Positions 26,337-36,439 of a stretch of DNA of 64,000 nucleotides are shown here, piece by piece. Every line of letters starts with the position of its first letter. Within the stretch, counting starts at the first letter, position 1. The stretch is from positions 139,354 to 203,353 of the forward strand of contig BTVY01000004.1 in assembly GCA_045863335.1 (NCBI GenBank). Direction: 5' to 3'. The stretch is from Candidatus Hydrogenedentota bacterium. Its GTDB lineage: Bacteria; Hydrogenedentota; Hydrogenedentia; Hydrogenedentales; SLHB01. The notes under the pieces were generated by a model. That model ran no database searches, had not been told where the DNA came from, and saw nothing but the letters and a program-made list of their open reading frames with translations. The translations under genes and the position numbers were made by a program.

Positions 26337-26942
26337 ATGAAGATGGCTTTTCAACCAAAGCCTTGCGGTAAAACCCGGGGGCGCACGGGAAGCATTGCGC
26401 TTCTGGGCACGATTCTATTTGCCGGATCGGTGTTGCCGGGATGTTTTGGCTGCGAACCGGTAACCAGTGGCGGGGCGGCCAAAGAAACGATTGGCATCTA
26501 CGACTCCCGCGCCATAGCGGTGGCGTACGCCGGATCGGAATTGCACGAGGCGCAGCTCGGCAAATTAAAGGGCGACTACGACGCCGCCAAAGCCGCAGGC
26601 GACGAGGCGCGTGTCGCGGCGCTCGAGAAGGAAGGGCGGGACGGACAGCGTCAGATGCATTTGCAGGGATTCGGAACGGCGCCGGTCGATGATATTCTTC
26701 AGCACATTCAGGGAGATTTGGATCAGATCAGAGCCGACGCCGGGGTCGTGGCCCTCGTGTCAAAATGGGACGAGGCCGGACTCGCCGCGCACCCGGATGC
26801 GGCCCGCGTGGACGTGACGGAGGCACTCATCGACGCCCTTCATCCCAGCGAACGGCAGCGGAAAAGCGCAATCGACATCCAGCGGCATAAGCCAGTTCCC
26901 ATGGACGAATTGGAGAAGCACATCGAGAACGGTGACATCTGA
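26337..26942 (+). CDS. Putative lipoprotein, distantly Skp/OmpH-like
   Basis: Lipobox LPGC; IGIYDSRAIAVAY, helical middle, VDVTEALI; start uncertain. Confidence 0.65.
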   Translation: MKMAFQPKPCGKTRGRTGSIALLGTILFAGSVLPGCFGCEPVTSGGAAKETIGIYDSRAIAVAYAGSELHEAQLGKLKGDYDAAKAAGDEARVAALEKEGRDGQRQMHLQGFGTAPVDDILQHIQGDLDQIRADAGVVALVSKWDEAGLAAHPDAARVDVTEALIDALHPSERQRKSAIDIQRHKPVPMDELEKHIENGDI

Positions 26943-26967
26943 GGGTAGACCAGAAGACTGAGAAGAT

Positions 26968-27002
26968 AAGTGGGGAGAGTTGCCTTTTCGTTTTTGAATC
27001 GC
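26968..27002 (+). repeat. Degenerate copy of the 11871 repeat arm
   Basis: AAGTGGGGAGAGTTGCCTTTTCGTTTTTGAATCGC matches 11873-11907 at 30/35 positions; also between convergent genes. Confidence 0.7.
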
Positions 27003-27038
27003 TGAGAGTCCCCCTTTTCCCACCGCAGCGACCTCGCG

Positions 27039-28334
27039 CTATACGGTTTCCTTCAGCGACCACGGCTCGCGCATGGGGCGTGACAGGAAGGGGTTGGCCT
27101 CGTCGTCGCCGGGGAAGGTTTCGCTCTCGGGGTCCCAGGTCAGCTTGCGGCCGAGGCGCATGGAAATGTTGCCGACGTGCATGGCCGTGCTCAGGCGATG
27201 GATGTCTGTCGGCGTGTAGTACGGCGTCGTGCGGCCTTTGACGCCGTCGATGAAACTCTGGTGTTCCGTTGGGGGCAGCGGCCACATCTTGTTCTCAGCT
27301 GGCTCAATGACGGCGTCCAGAATGGCCGGATCGCTCGCGCGCATCGGTTTTCGCCACGATGGGCTTTCGACCCATCCGTCGGTTCCCTCGAAGCGAATGC
27401 CAGAGCCGCCCGACTTGACGATCATCTCCACACCGCCGGGGTACTCGTAGTAGATCTTGTACTCCGTCGCCGTGTTGGACATGGCGCCTTCGGGAAAAGT
27501 GCCATTGCCGTCGACCGAAATGGGTCCACCGTGCTCCTGGAACATGGCGACCTGTGCCGTGTCCATGAGGTGCGCGCCCCAATCGGTGAGCTTTCCACCC
27601 GAATAATCGAACACGTTGCGCCATTCTTGCTGGCCAGTTTTGGTGGGTGTGTACGGGGTGTAGGGTGCCGGGCCGAGCCAGAGGTCGTAATCGAACCCCT
27701 CCGGGACGGGCGCTTCTTCTTCCTTGGGAAACACCTCGCCTTCGGGCAAGACCACCAGGATGCGATTCAGTTTGCCGATGCATCCGTTGCGGACCAGTTC
27801 CGCCATGCGATGGTAGATTTCGACGGAGCGATCTTCGATGCCGCCCTGATAAACCACGCCGGTCTGTTTGATGACGTCGATGAGGACTTGCCCCTCCTCA
27901 ACCGTCAACGTCGGTTTCTCGCAGAAGACATGTTTGCCCGCCCGGGCCGCCATGACCGACATGAGCACATGCCAATGGTCCGGCGTCGAGATGACGACCG
28001 CATCGATATCCGGCCGCGCGAGGACCTCGCGGAAGTCGCCGTGCGTGCCGCAGTCGGAACTGCCGTAGGCCTCGTTCACCATGTCGCGTGCGTTTTCGCA
28101 GCGGTCGCGATAGACATCGCACACCGCCAACACTCGGGCTTCGGGGATCTTGAGAAAGGCGTCCAGATTCCATCCCGTGCCGTGTCCGCCGACGCCGATG
28201 CAGCCCAAGGTGATTTGGTTGCTAGGCGCAACGGAGTTCGCTTCCTGGCCGAACGCCGCCGGTGTCATGCATGTGACTGCGGACGCTGCTGCCGCCGTCT
28301 TCAAGAATTCCCGTCGACTCGTCTTGTACGACAT
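27039..28334 (-). CDS. Tat-exported Gfo/Idh/MocA oxidoreductase
   Basis: SRREFLK, IGVGGHG, STPDHWH, CEKP, LWLGPAP, DWGAH. Confidence 0.92.
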   Translation of the reverse strand: MSYKTSRREFLKTAAAASAVTCMTPAAFGQEANSVAPSNQITLGCIGVGGHGTGWNLDAFLKIPEARVLAVCDVYRDRCENARDMVNEAYGSSDCGTHGDFREVLARPDIDAVVISTPDHWHVLMSVMAARAGKHVFCEKPTLTVEEGQVLIDVIKQTGVVYQGGIEDRSVEIYHRMAELVRNGCIGKLNRILVVLPEGEVFPKEEEAPVPEGFDYDLWLGPAPYTPYTPTKTGQQEWRNVFDYSGGKLTDWGAHLMDTAQVAMFQEHGGPISVDGNGTFPEGAMSNTATEYKIYYEYPGGVEMIVKSGGSGIRFEGTDGWVESPSWRKPMRASDPAILDAVIEPAENKMWPLPPTEHQSFIDGVKGRTTPYYTPTDIHRLSTAMHVGNISMRLGRKLTWDPESETFPGDDEANPFLSRPMREPWSLKETV

Positions 28335-28508
28335 GTTTCAGGCCCCCGAATAGACCGTTCCACGCCGGTCACCGCGTTGCCGGCGTCTCACCGGGCAGTG
28401 TAGGTAAAAGCAGAGAATGCGGTCAAACGCTCCGGCTCCAATCCGCAGCCGGTTGATGTTCGGCTTACCCGTGTTCAACAATGGCTCTTTGAATGGAAAG
28501 GAGCAGCC

Positions 28509-29915
28509 ATGATTGCCGTTCGTTGCTTTCTCGCCCTGTGTTTGTTGAGCGTCGTGTGCCTTGCCCAGGAACCCGCACCGCTTGAAGCGTCCGCGGAATC
28601 GGCGCTCCACCGCGCGGTCGCGTTCTTTCGGGAGCAGGTTTCCGTCGAAGGAAGTTACCTCTGGCGGTACAGTGCCGACTTGAAGGTCCGCGAAGGCGAA
28701 GGAAAAGCGGACGATCAAACCGGGTGGGTGCAACCGCCGGGTACTCCCGATATCGGCGAAGCGTACCTGGTTGCCTATTCCGCGACGAAGGATGATCACT
28801 ACCTGGACGCGGCGCGGGAAACGGCCAATGCGCTGGTGCGAACGCAACTGCAGTCCGGCGGGTGGACTTACCGGATTCACTTTGATGAAGCCAGCCGCGC
28901 AAAGCAGGCGTATCGTGTCGACGGGCGAACGGAAGGGCAGAACACCACCACGCTCGACGACAACACGACGCAGGCGGCGCTGCGGTTTCTCATGCAGTTC
29001 GACAAAGCCACGGATTTCAAGGAGGAGAAGATTCACGAGTGCGTGATGTATGGCCTCGACAAACTCATCGAGGTGCAATATCCAAACGGGGCGTGGCCGC
29101 AGCGGTTCTCAGGGCCGCCCGACGCGAGCGAGTTTCCGGTGGTGAAGGCCTCGTATCCCGACTCATGGTCCCGCGAGTTTCCCGCGCGCGACTACACCCA
29201 CGACTACACGTTCAACGACAACACGATCGCGGACGTGATCGACGCCTTCCTCGACGCGGCGGACATCTACGGCGACGACCAGTACCGCGCCGCGGCGCTG
29301 AGAGGCGGCGAGTTCATCTTGCTGGCGCAGATGCCGGAACCTCAGCCCGCCTGGGCGCAGCAGTACGACCGCGACATGCATCCCGTTTGGGCGCGGAAGT
29401 TCGAGCCCCCGGCGGTGACGGGCGGCGAATCGCAAGGCGTCATGCGCTGCCTCATTGAATTGACGCGGCGCACGGGAGAAAAGCGGTTCCTGGAACCCAT
29501 ACCACGAGCCATCGCCTATTTGCGCGCTTCGGAGTTGCCGGACGGACGCCTCGCGCGGTTCTATGAACTGCAAACGAATACGCCCCTCTACTTCACGAAG
29601 GACTACCAGCTCACCTATTCCAGCGACGACATGCCCACGCACTATTCGTTCATCGGCCCTTCTGCACTCGATTCCATCGAGGCCGTGTACAAAGCCGTTC
29701 TAAGTGGCGAAGAGGCTGCGGAATCGAGCGCGCCAGCGGCTCCTCCTGCCGATGCTGTCGAGAAGATCATCGGCGCGCTTGACGAGCGCGGCGCCTGGGT
29801 GGAATCGGGCGAAATGAAATACCACGAGAACGTGGACGTCGACCGCGTGATCGACTGCCGGACCTTCGCCGCGAACGTCCGGGCGCTGGCGCAGTTTGTC
29901 GCTGCCCAAGAATGA
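28509..29915 (+). CDS. Secreted pectate lyase (PL10-like, pectic acid lyase)
   Basis: TLDDNTT, QYPNGAWPQRF, YTFNDN, AWAQQYD, WARKFEPPA...GES. Confidence 0.85.
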   Translation: MIAVRCFLALCLLSVVCLAQEPAPLEASAESALHRAVAFFREQVSVEGSYLWRYSADLKVREGEGKADDQTGWVQPPGTPDIGEAYLVAYSATKDDHYLDAARETANALVRTQLQSGGWTYRIHFDEASRAKQAYRVDGRTEGQNTTTLDDNTTQAALRFLMQFDKATDFKEEKIHECVMYGLDKLIEVQYPNGAWPQRFSGPPDASEFPVVKASYPDSWSREFPARDYTHDYTFNDNTIADVIDAFLDAADIYGDDQYRAAALRGGEFILLAQMPEPQPAWAQQYDRDMHPVWARKFEPPAVTGGESQGVMRCLIELTRRTGEKRFLEPIPRAIAYLRASELPDGRLARFYELQTNTPLYFTKDYQLTYSSDDMPTHYSFIGPSALDSIEAVYKAVLSGEEAAESSAPAAPPADAVEKIIGALDERGAWVESGEMKYHENVDVDRVIDCRTFAANVRALAQFVAAQE

Positions 29916-30156
29916 TTGAGCCGGATTGTGTTGCACCCCCGATCGCGCACGCGACGATCGTGCATTCACCATCATGGTTTCAGCCTGAGATTAGTGACAG
30001 ATCTGTAGTCGCATTAATCGCGCAAATCAAGCTAGAATGGCGCGTTCAGTAGTCTTTCGCGCGCATATTGCGCAGCTTCTTGATTGGCGGCTCAACCCTC
30101 AAAACGAGACACGTTTGCCGTGCCGGGTCCCGCCTCTATGGAAAGGATGACGTTTC

Positions 30157-32145
30157 ATGAGCTACTTCGTGACGGGCGCTACCGGATTCATCGGGCGCAA
30201 TTTGCTGGAGCGGTTACTGCGGCGAAAGGGGACCATTTACTGTCTCGTTCGCAAAGGGTCTGAGCACAAGCTGGACGCGCTGCGGAAACGGTTGGGTGCG
30301 AAACCGGACCGAATCGTGCCTGTGAAGGGAGACATCGAGCAGCCGTTGTGCGGGCTGCGCAAGCAAGACGTCTCCAGGCTGCAAGGAAAGGTCACGCATT
30401 TCGTTCACCTGGCCGCGTTCTACGACATCATGTGCGAAGACGAAGCGCCGCACGTGGCGATCAACGTTGAGGGCACGCGCCATGCCGTGGACCTGGCGCA
30501 CGCGCTGAAGGCGAAGCATTTTCAGTACGCCAGTTCGACCGCCGTCGCCGGGATGTACCCGGGCTTTTGGCGCGAAGACATGTTCGAGGAAGCCGAGAAC
30601 TTCCACCATCCCTACTTCAGCAGCAAGCACGCTGCGGAACGGGTCGTGCGCACGGAGTGCCGGATTCCCTTTCGCATCTACCGGCCCGGTATCGTCGTGG
30701 GCAATTCGAAGACGGGCGAGACGGATAAGGCCGACGGGCCGTACTACGTCTTCAAGTTTCTGAAGAAAATCCGGAACGCGCTGCCGGCGTGGGTCCCGCT
30801 CGTGGGACTGGAAGGCGGGCGCATCAACATTGTCCCAGTGGATTTCGTCGCCGATGCCATGGATCATCTCGCGCACAAGCGCGGCCTCGACGGGAAATGC
30901 TTCCATCTCACCGACCCGGACCCCTACCGCGCGGGCGAGGTGTTGAACGTCTTTGCGGACGCGGCCCACGCCCCGCAGTTTGTAATGCGGATCAACTCGC
31001 GCATGCTGGACCTCGTACCGCGCGGGATTCGCGATGCCTTGATAAACCTCCCGCCGATTCGACGGATTATCGACACGATTCTGGCGGATCTGGGGATTCC
31101 TTATGAAGTCTTCTACTACCTCAACTATCCGACGCGTTTCGATTGCCGCGACACCTCCGACGCACTGAAGGGGTCCGGGATTGACTGCCCGAGCCTGGAA
31201 TCCTACGCGGCGAAAGTCTGGGACTACTGGGAACGCCACATGGACCCGGATCTCTTCCGCGACCGCAGTCTGGCGGGAGCGGTGAAGGATCGCGTCGTCG
31301 TGGTGACGGGCGGTTCCTCAGGCATCGGCCGCGCGTCGGCCATCAAGATCGCGGACGCCGGTGCGAAAACCATACTCATCGCGCGTACGAAGGACGAGTT
31401 GGAACTCGTGCGCAAGGAGATCGAAGGCCGCGGCGCGCGCGCGTACGCGTACGTCGCCGATCTTTCGGATATGGAGCAGTGCGACGCGGTCATGGACGCG
31501 GTGTTCAAGGACCATGGACCGGTCGATATCCTCATCAACAACGCCGGGCGTTCCATCCGCCGATCCATCAAGCAGTCCTACGACCGGTTTCACGACTTTG
31601 AGCGTTTAATGCAACTCAATTATTTCGGCGCCATTCGCCTGATTTTGCGGGTGCTGCCCGGCATGGCCGAGAACCGGCGCGGGCACGTCATCAACGTCAG
31701 CACGATGGGCGTGCTCGCGAATCCGCCCCGGTTCTCCGCGTACGTGGCGTCCAAGTCGGCGTTAGACGCATTTTCCCGCTGCGCACAGGCCGAGTACCTC
31801 GATAAGGATATCAGTTTCACGACGATCAGCATGCCACTGGTGCGGACGCCGATGATCGATCCCTCGGGGATTTACGAGAACGTGCCGGCGCTTTCCGCGG
31901 ACGAAGCGGCGGACATGGTGGTGCGCGCGATCGTGGACAAGCCGCGGCGGATCGCGACAAGGCTGGGTGTCTTTGCGCAAATCATGCACGCCGTTCTACC
32001 GAATGTGGCGCTGGTGGTCCTGAACACTGCCTATAAACTGTTCCCGGATACGGGACGGGGCAAGGAAGGCGACGTGGCTGTGGAAGCGCCGCCTTCAACG
32101 GAAGCGGTGGCCTTTGCGTCGCTGATGCGGGGCATTTACTGGTAA
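30157..32145 (+). CDS. Two-domain fatty acyl-CoA reductase (extended SDR plus classical SDR)
   Basis: YFVTGATGFIG, YFSSK, YRPGIVVG; second domain TGGSSGIG, NNAGRSIRR, RFHDFER, PRFSAYVASK, MPLVRTPMI; C-terminal RGIYW. Confidence 0.85.
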   Translation: MSYFVTGATGFIGRNLLERLLRRKGTIYCLVRKGSEHKLDALRKRLGAKPDRIVPVKGDIEQPLCGLRKQDVSRLQGKVTHFVHLAAFYDIMCEDEAPHVAINVEGTRHAVDLAHALKAKHFQYASSTAVAGMYPGFWREDMFEEAENFHHPYFSSKHAAERVVRTECRIPFRIYRPGIVVGNSKTGETDKADGPYYVFKFLKKIRNALPAWVPLVGLEGGRINIVPVDFVADAMDHLAHKRGLDGKCFHLTDPDPYRAGEVLNVFADAAHAPQFVMRINSRMLDLVPRGIRDALINLPPIRRIIDTILADLGIPYEVFYYLNYPTRFDCRDTSDALKGSGIDCPSLESYAAKVWDYWERHMDPDLFRDRSLAGAVKDRVVVVTGGSSGIGRASAIKIADAGAKTILIARTKDELELVRKEIEGRGARAYAYVADLSDMEQCDAVMDAVFKDHGPVDILINNAGRSIRRSIKQSYDRFHDFERLMQLNYFGAIRLILRVLPGMAENRRGHVINVSTMGVLANPPRFSAYVASKSALDAFSRCAQAEYLDKDISFTTISMPLVRTPMIDPSGIYENVPALSADEAADMVVRAIVDKPRRIATRLGVFAQIMHAVLPNVALVVLNTAYKLFPDTGRGKEGDVAVEAPPSTEAVAFASLMRGIYW

Positions 32146-32177
32146 TTGAGAATTAGGAATTATGAATTAAGAATTGG
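32143..32177 (+). repeat. Heptamer tandem repeat (GAATTRN-like x5)
   Basis: taattga gaattag gaattat gaattaa gaattgg. Confidence 0.8.
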
Positions 32178-32218
32178 GGACCAGATTGCGCCGGGTCCTC
32201 AGTTGGAGGTTGTCCTTG

Positions 32219-33211
32219 ATGGAGTATCGGGTGCTTGGAAAATCGGATTTGAAGGTGCCGGTGGTATCGTTTGGCGCGTGGGCGATTGGCGGTTGGATGT
32301 GGGGCGGCACCGATGACGCCGCGGCCGTTCGCGCAATTCACCGCGCCATCGACGAGGGAATGACCCTGATCGACACCGCGCCCACGTACGGCATGGGACA
32401 CAGCGAGCGCGTCGTCGGCGAGGCCATTCGGGGGCGTCGCGACGAGGTGCTGATCGCGACCAAATGCGGCATTCGATGGGACCTCGAAGGGGAACATGAC
32501 GGTATGAAGACCGTCACGAACGAGGGTAAGGAAGTGACCCTCGTGCGCAATCTCACACCCGAATCGATAGTCCATGAAGTGGACCAGAGCCTGCAACGGC
32601 TGGGCATCGAGCAGATCGATCTCTACCAATGCCACTGGCCGGACCCCAAGACGCCGGTATCTGAGACCATGGATGCGTTGCTCGAGATCCAAAAGCAGGG
32701 CAAAGTACGCGCAATCGGCGTGAGCAATTTCACAGTCGAGATGATGCGGGACTGTTTGAAAAAGGGCTACATCGCGAGCGACCAACCGAAATACAACCCG
32801 CTGGAGCGAGAAATCGAAAAGGACGTGCTGCCTTTCTGCGTCGAACAGCAGATCGGCGTGCTCGCGTACAGTCCCATCGCGCAAGGGCTCATGACGGGAA
32901 AAGTAACGCGGGATCGCACCTTTGATGAAGGCGACGCGCGAGCGGACAAGCCGTGGTTTTCGGTAGAGAATCGCAAACGCGTCCTTGCGATGCTGGAAAA
33001 GATCAAACCGATTGCGGAAGCGCACGACGCGACGTTGGCGCAGGTGGCCACGCGTTGGGTCATCGACCAACCTGGCATCACGACGGCCATCGTGGGCGCT
33101 CGCAACGAAGAGCAGGTGACCGAGAATGCCAAGGCTGGATCGATCAAACTCAGCGCGGACGAGTTGGCCGCAATCCGGGCCGCCGTTGAGGAATTGGGCG
33201 AGCCGGTGTAA
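32219..33211 (+). CDS. Aldo/keto reductase
   Basis: GAWAIGG, IDTAPTYG, ATKCG, IDLYQCHWPD, IGVSNF, YSPIAQG. Confidence 0.92.
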   Translation: MEYRVLGKSDLKVPVVSFGAWAIGGWMWGGTDDAAAVRAIHRAIDEGMTLIDTAPTYGMGHSERVVGEAIRGRRDEVLIATKCGIRWDLEGEHDGMKTVTNEGKEVTLVRNLTPESIVHEVDQSLQRLGIEQIDLYQCHWPDPKTPVSETMDALLEIQKQGKVRAIGVSNFTVEMMRDCLKKGYIASDQPKYNPLEREIEKDVLPFCVEQQIGVLAYSPIAQGLMTGKVTRDRTFDEGDARADKPWFSVENRKRVLAMLEKIKPIAEAHDATLAQVATRWVIDQPGITTAIVGARNEEQVTENAKAGSIKLSADELAAIRAAVEELGEPV

Positions 33212-33242
33212 TCACCGGATGTTGCGGTACTGCAATAGCCCG

Positions 33243-33272
33243 CACGGACCGGCACGGACTGACACGGACACA
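33243..33272 (+). repeat. 10-bp tandem repeat CACGGACNNN x3
   Basis: cacggaccgg cacggactga cacggacaca between convergent genes. Confidence 0.65.
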
Positions 33273-33297
33273 TCGGGGCACTATTGCCGCGACCGGC

Positions 33298-34701
33298 CTA
33301 GGCCATCGTGTTGTTTTCGACGGCGACGCCCGCGGCGTCGTCTATCGCCAAGGCAGTTTCAGTCCCGGCCCCGATGGTGCAGTCTCGAATGGAGTTGGCC
33401 GTCCCTGGGCCGGTCCATCGAATGGCCGACGGCATCAGCTTCTCGTCGCGCGAGTCGGCAATCGTGCAGGCCGAGATGTTAACGAAACTGCTATCCGCGA
33501 TGCGGAGTCCCGGTACACCAGGGTCGGTGATCTGGCTGCCGTTCAGCGAGAATCGCGCGCAGCGCAGCACTTCGATGGAACCTTCCCGCTCGATAACGAC
33601 CGGCGTGGATGCGGTGTGCTTTCCTTCAAACGAATCGCGAATGGCGGAGCCGCTGAAGATGCAGTCCGTCGAGTCTTCAAAGGTGATGCCCGTCGCCAGC
33701 GCGTTCGGCAAGTAGTCGCGATTGTGATTGAAGCAGTTTCCGGAGACCACGATGTTGCGGCTGTTCTTCACGTGCAGATTGCGTTTGTGTCCGCTGTAAA
33801 TGAAGTTGCCGGTCAGCGTCACGCCGTCGCACTGGTCCAACAAAACGTTCGTTTCCTGGCTCCCGATGAGATTGCCACTGATGGCCAGCATGCCGACGCC
33901 GGCTTTGGTCTTCACTTCGCTGCCGATGAGCATGATGTTCGCGCCGCCGGGTGAATGCCGCGCTTGTATCGTATTGCTCGCGATGGTGCCTTCGCGCATG
34001 GAGGCGCTTTCGTCAGAGCACTCGATCCAAATCTCGGCGCTTGGCGCGACGTCTTCGCCGCCGCTCTTGTCGTAGTTGTATTCGATATCGTTGCCCGTGA
34101 TCTGCACGTTGCGCATCTCGCCGTTGAGGATCTTGATGCCGGACTGGGCGTTGTAGCTGATGTGCGAACTGGCGATGATGACCTGGTGCAGGTTCACGTG
34201 GTCGAAGAATACGCCGATGCCGCGGTTGTGGTAGATGTGGCAGTGAGAAATGAGCACGTTCCGGGCTCGGGTCTGGACATGGATACCATGGCGCAATTCC
34301 CGCAGCAACACCCCTTCGAAGGTGCTTTGCATCGTCCGTTCGATATGGATGCCGTCCGCCTCAGGGTGTTTGCCTTCGATCTCGATGTTCAGAATCGTCG
34401 GCATGCGTTCTTTCTGCCACACCCCGGCCTCGAACCCGCCGGGATCGGCGCTGCCATTGTGGGTGCCGATGATGCGAAAAGCAGGCCCCGCGCCTTCCAT
34501 GAGAATCTTGGCGGTGCCGCCGGAACCCGACAGGCAGACTCGACCCGACTTCGATTCGTCCAGCACGATGCTCTGCGTGATGCGGTAGTCGCCGGGCGGA
34601 AACACGATCTCGTTCGCCTTGCTGTCGACTGCGTGTTGAATGGCCTTCGAATCGTCTACTTCACCGTCGCCCACGGCTCCGAAATCGCGTACACTCCGCA
34701 T
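33298..34701 (-). CDS. Right-handed parallel beta-helix protein (Pectate_lyase_3-like N-terminus)
   Basis: VRDFGAVGDGEVDDSKAIQ, FPPGDY and repeated I.GN.I beta-helix turns. Confidence 0.85.
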   Translation of the reverse strand: MRSVRDFGAVGDGEVDDSKAIQHAVDSKANEIVFPPGDYRITQSIVLDESKSGRVCLSGSGGTAKILMEGAGPAFRIIGTHNGSADPGGFEAGVWQKERMPTILNIEIEGKHPEADGIHIERTMQSTFEGVLLRELRHGIHVQTRARNVLISHCHIYHNRGIGVFFDHVNLHQVIIASSHISYNAQSGIKILNGEMRNVQITGNDIEYNYDKSGGEDVAPSAEIWIECSDESASMREGTIASNTIQARHSPGGANIMLIGSEVKTKAGVGMLAISGNLIGSQETNVLLDQCDGVTLTGNFIYSGHKRNLHVKNSRNIVVSGNCFNHNRDYLPNALATGITFEDSTDCIFSGSAIRDSFEGKHTASTPVVIEREGSIEVLRCARFSLNGSQITDPGVPGLRIADSSFVNISACTIADSRDEKLMPSAIRWTGPGTANSIRDCTIGAGTETALAIDDAAGVAVENNTMA

Positions 34702-34840
34702 GATACCCTCCCAGCTTGTTTGCATGTTGAACGGGTAGTGTTGGGGATAATGCGCGACGATTGCAAGGTGGTGCGCGTGCCGGACGCGCCCAATCATGTA
34801 CAATCGGCCGGGGAGTGGGAAAGACGGGTCGTTTCTGCCT

Positions 34841-36439
34841 ATGCCGGTATCCAAAACGATAGCACGCAATACGAAATTCAACGCCGCGGGACGCCTTTGG
34901 GAAGCCGTGGTCGGCGTGGCGCTGCTGGCCTACGTGGTGCGTACGCTCGATCAGGCCGGTTACGGCATGTGGTCGCTGCTTGGGCCGTTTCTCGGGTATG
35001 TCGCGCTACTCGACCTGGGGATTGGGAGCGGATACGCCAAGTTCATCGCTCAGTACCGCGCGCGGGAAGATTCGCAGCGCATTTCCGAAGTGGTGACCAC
35101 CGGTCTCTTCGCCTACGGTGTGCTGGGGATCGCGATCGTCGCGGCGGGATGGGCCTTCATCGACATCGCCATCGACGGGGTGCTGCGATTCCAGGAACTC
35201 CGCGGGGCGAGCGCACCGCGCGATTGGGTGGTCGAGGATCTGCGGTTCCTGTTCCGCTGGGGACTCGTCCTGATGGCGGTTTCGAGCTGTGTCAACGTGT
35301 TCTCGGCCATTCAGACCGGCCTGCAGCGCATGGGCATCACGAACGTCGTCTCGTTCGTTATGTCGCTGGTGAAGGTTGCGGCAACCGTGTTCTTCCTGGA
35401 AAAGGGCTACGGCGTGCGCGGATTGCTCTACGCGAACGCGGTGGTACTGTCCGTATTCGCTCCGCTCAGCATCGCCATCGGGTTCTTCCTGCTGCCTACG
35501 CTCCGCGTAACGCCGGGCCGCTTTACGCGCCGGGCTTTTCACGAATTGTTCGGATTCGGCTGGCGCACGCAGGTTTCGCGCCTGTCGAACCTGATCACCT
35601 TCGAAACGGACATGGTCATCATCGGCTTTTTCCTGGGCGGCGTCGGCGCGGTCGGCGTGTATCAGGCCGGAGTGAATCTGGTGAACAAGGTGCGTCAGGC
35701 GCCGCTAGTCTTGTTGAGCGCGCTGATTCCCGCCGCGTCGGAACTGGATGCGCAGGAAGATCGCGAACGTTTCGCCCAGCTGTATTTGCGATCCACGAAG
35801 TACGTAGCCTCGATAGCGGTGCCGTTGATCCTGGTCAGCGCCTGCCTCGCGGGACCGCTGGTGCGCGCCATGTTTGGACCGGGTTTCGAGACATCGGCCT
35901 GGGTCATGCGCATCCTCGCTCCGGGTTATCTGGCAAACGTCTTGGCCGGGGCTGGTATTGCGCTGGCGCTCGGCAAGGGCCGTCCTGATTTGCAGATGTA
36001 CGCGGGCATCATCGCCATGGCAGTCAACCTGGCGCTCACGATCTTGCTTTACTTGTCCATTGGATTCTACGGCGTTCCCGCAGCGACGAGTATCGCTATG
36101 ATTGCCGCCAGCCTCTGGTTTGCCGGTGTGATGCGCAAGGAAACGGGTGTTGCCGCGGCCATGCTGTTCAGGGAAACTCTACTTTGGCCGGCCATCGCTA
36201 TCGCGCCGGGGTCGCTCGTGTGTGTCATCGCGGACTGGCGAACGGGCGGTCTCGCAGGCGGGATTCCCAACGCCGCCGTTACCGTGGCCGTTGCGGCGGC
36301 CGCGGCTGGAATCTATCTTTCCGTAGTGCGATACGCGCCGTTTCTCGATGACTTTGACAGGCGCTTTCTGGATGAACACCTGTGGTTGCGCAGGCTGCCG
36401 TGGCTGCGCAGGCTCGTCATTCGGCAATCGCGCCCGTGA
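34841..36439 (+). CDS. Wzx-type oligosaccharide flippase (MOP superfamily)
   Basis: TIARNT, YGMWSL, LLDLGIG, TDMVIIG, VGVYQAG, LIPAAS; about 14 TM segments. Confidence 0.88.
   Translation: MPVSKTIARNTKFNAAGRLWEAVVGVALLAYVVRTLDQAGYGMWSLLGPFLGYVALLDLGIGSGYAKFIAQYRAREDSQRISEVVTTGLFAYGVLGIAIVAAGWAFIDIAIDGVLRFQELRGASAPRDWVVEDLRFLFRWGLVLMAVSSCVNVFSAIQTGLQRMGITNVVSFVMSLVKVAATVFFLEKGYGVRGLLYANAVVLSVFAPLSIAIGFFLLPTLRVTPGRFTRRAFHELFGFGWRTQVSRLSNLITFETDMVIIGFFLGGVGAVGVYQAGVNLVNKVRQAPLVLLSALIPAASELDAQEDRERFAQLYLRSTKYVASIAVPLILVSACLAGPLVRAMFGPGFETSAWVMRILAPGYLANVLAGAGIALALGKGRPDLQMYAGIIAMAVNLALTILLYLSIGFYGVPAATSIAMIAASLWFAGVMRKETGVAAAMLFRETLLWPAIAIAPGSLVCVIADWRTGGLAGGIPNAAVTVAVAAAAAGIYLSVVRYAPFLDDFDRRFLDEHLWLRRLPWLRRLVIRQSRP

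Noticed and set aside
33955-35988. 677-aa plus-strand ORF
   Set aside because: Shadow frame overlapping the beta-helix gene (antisense) and the flippase (off-frame); Arg/Ala-rich with no motifs.
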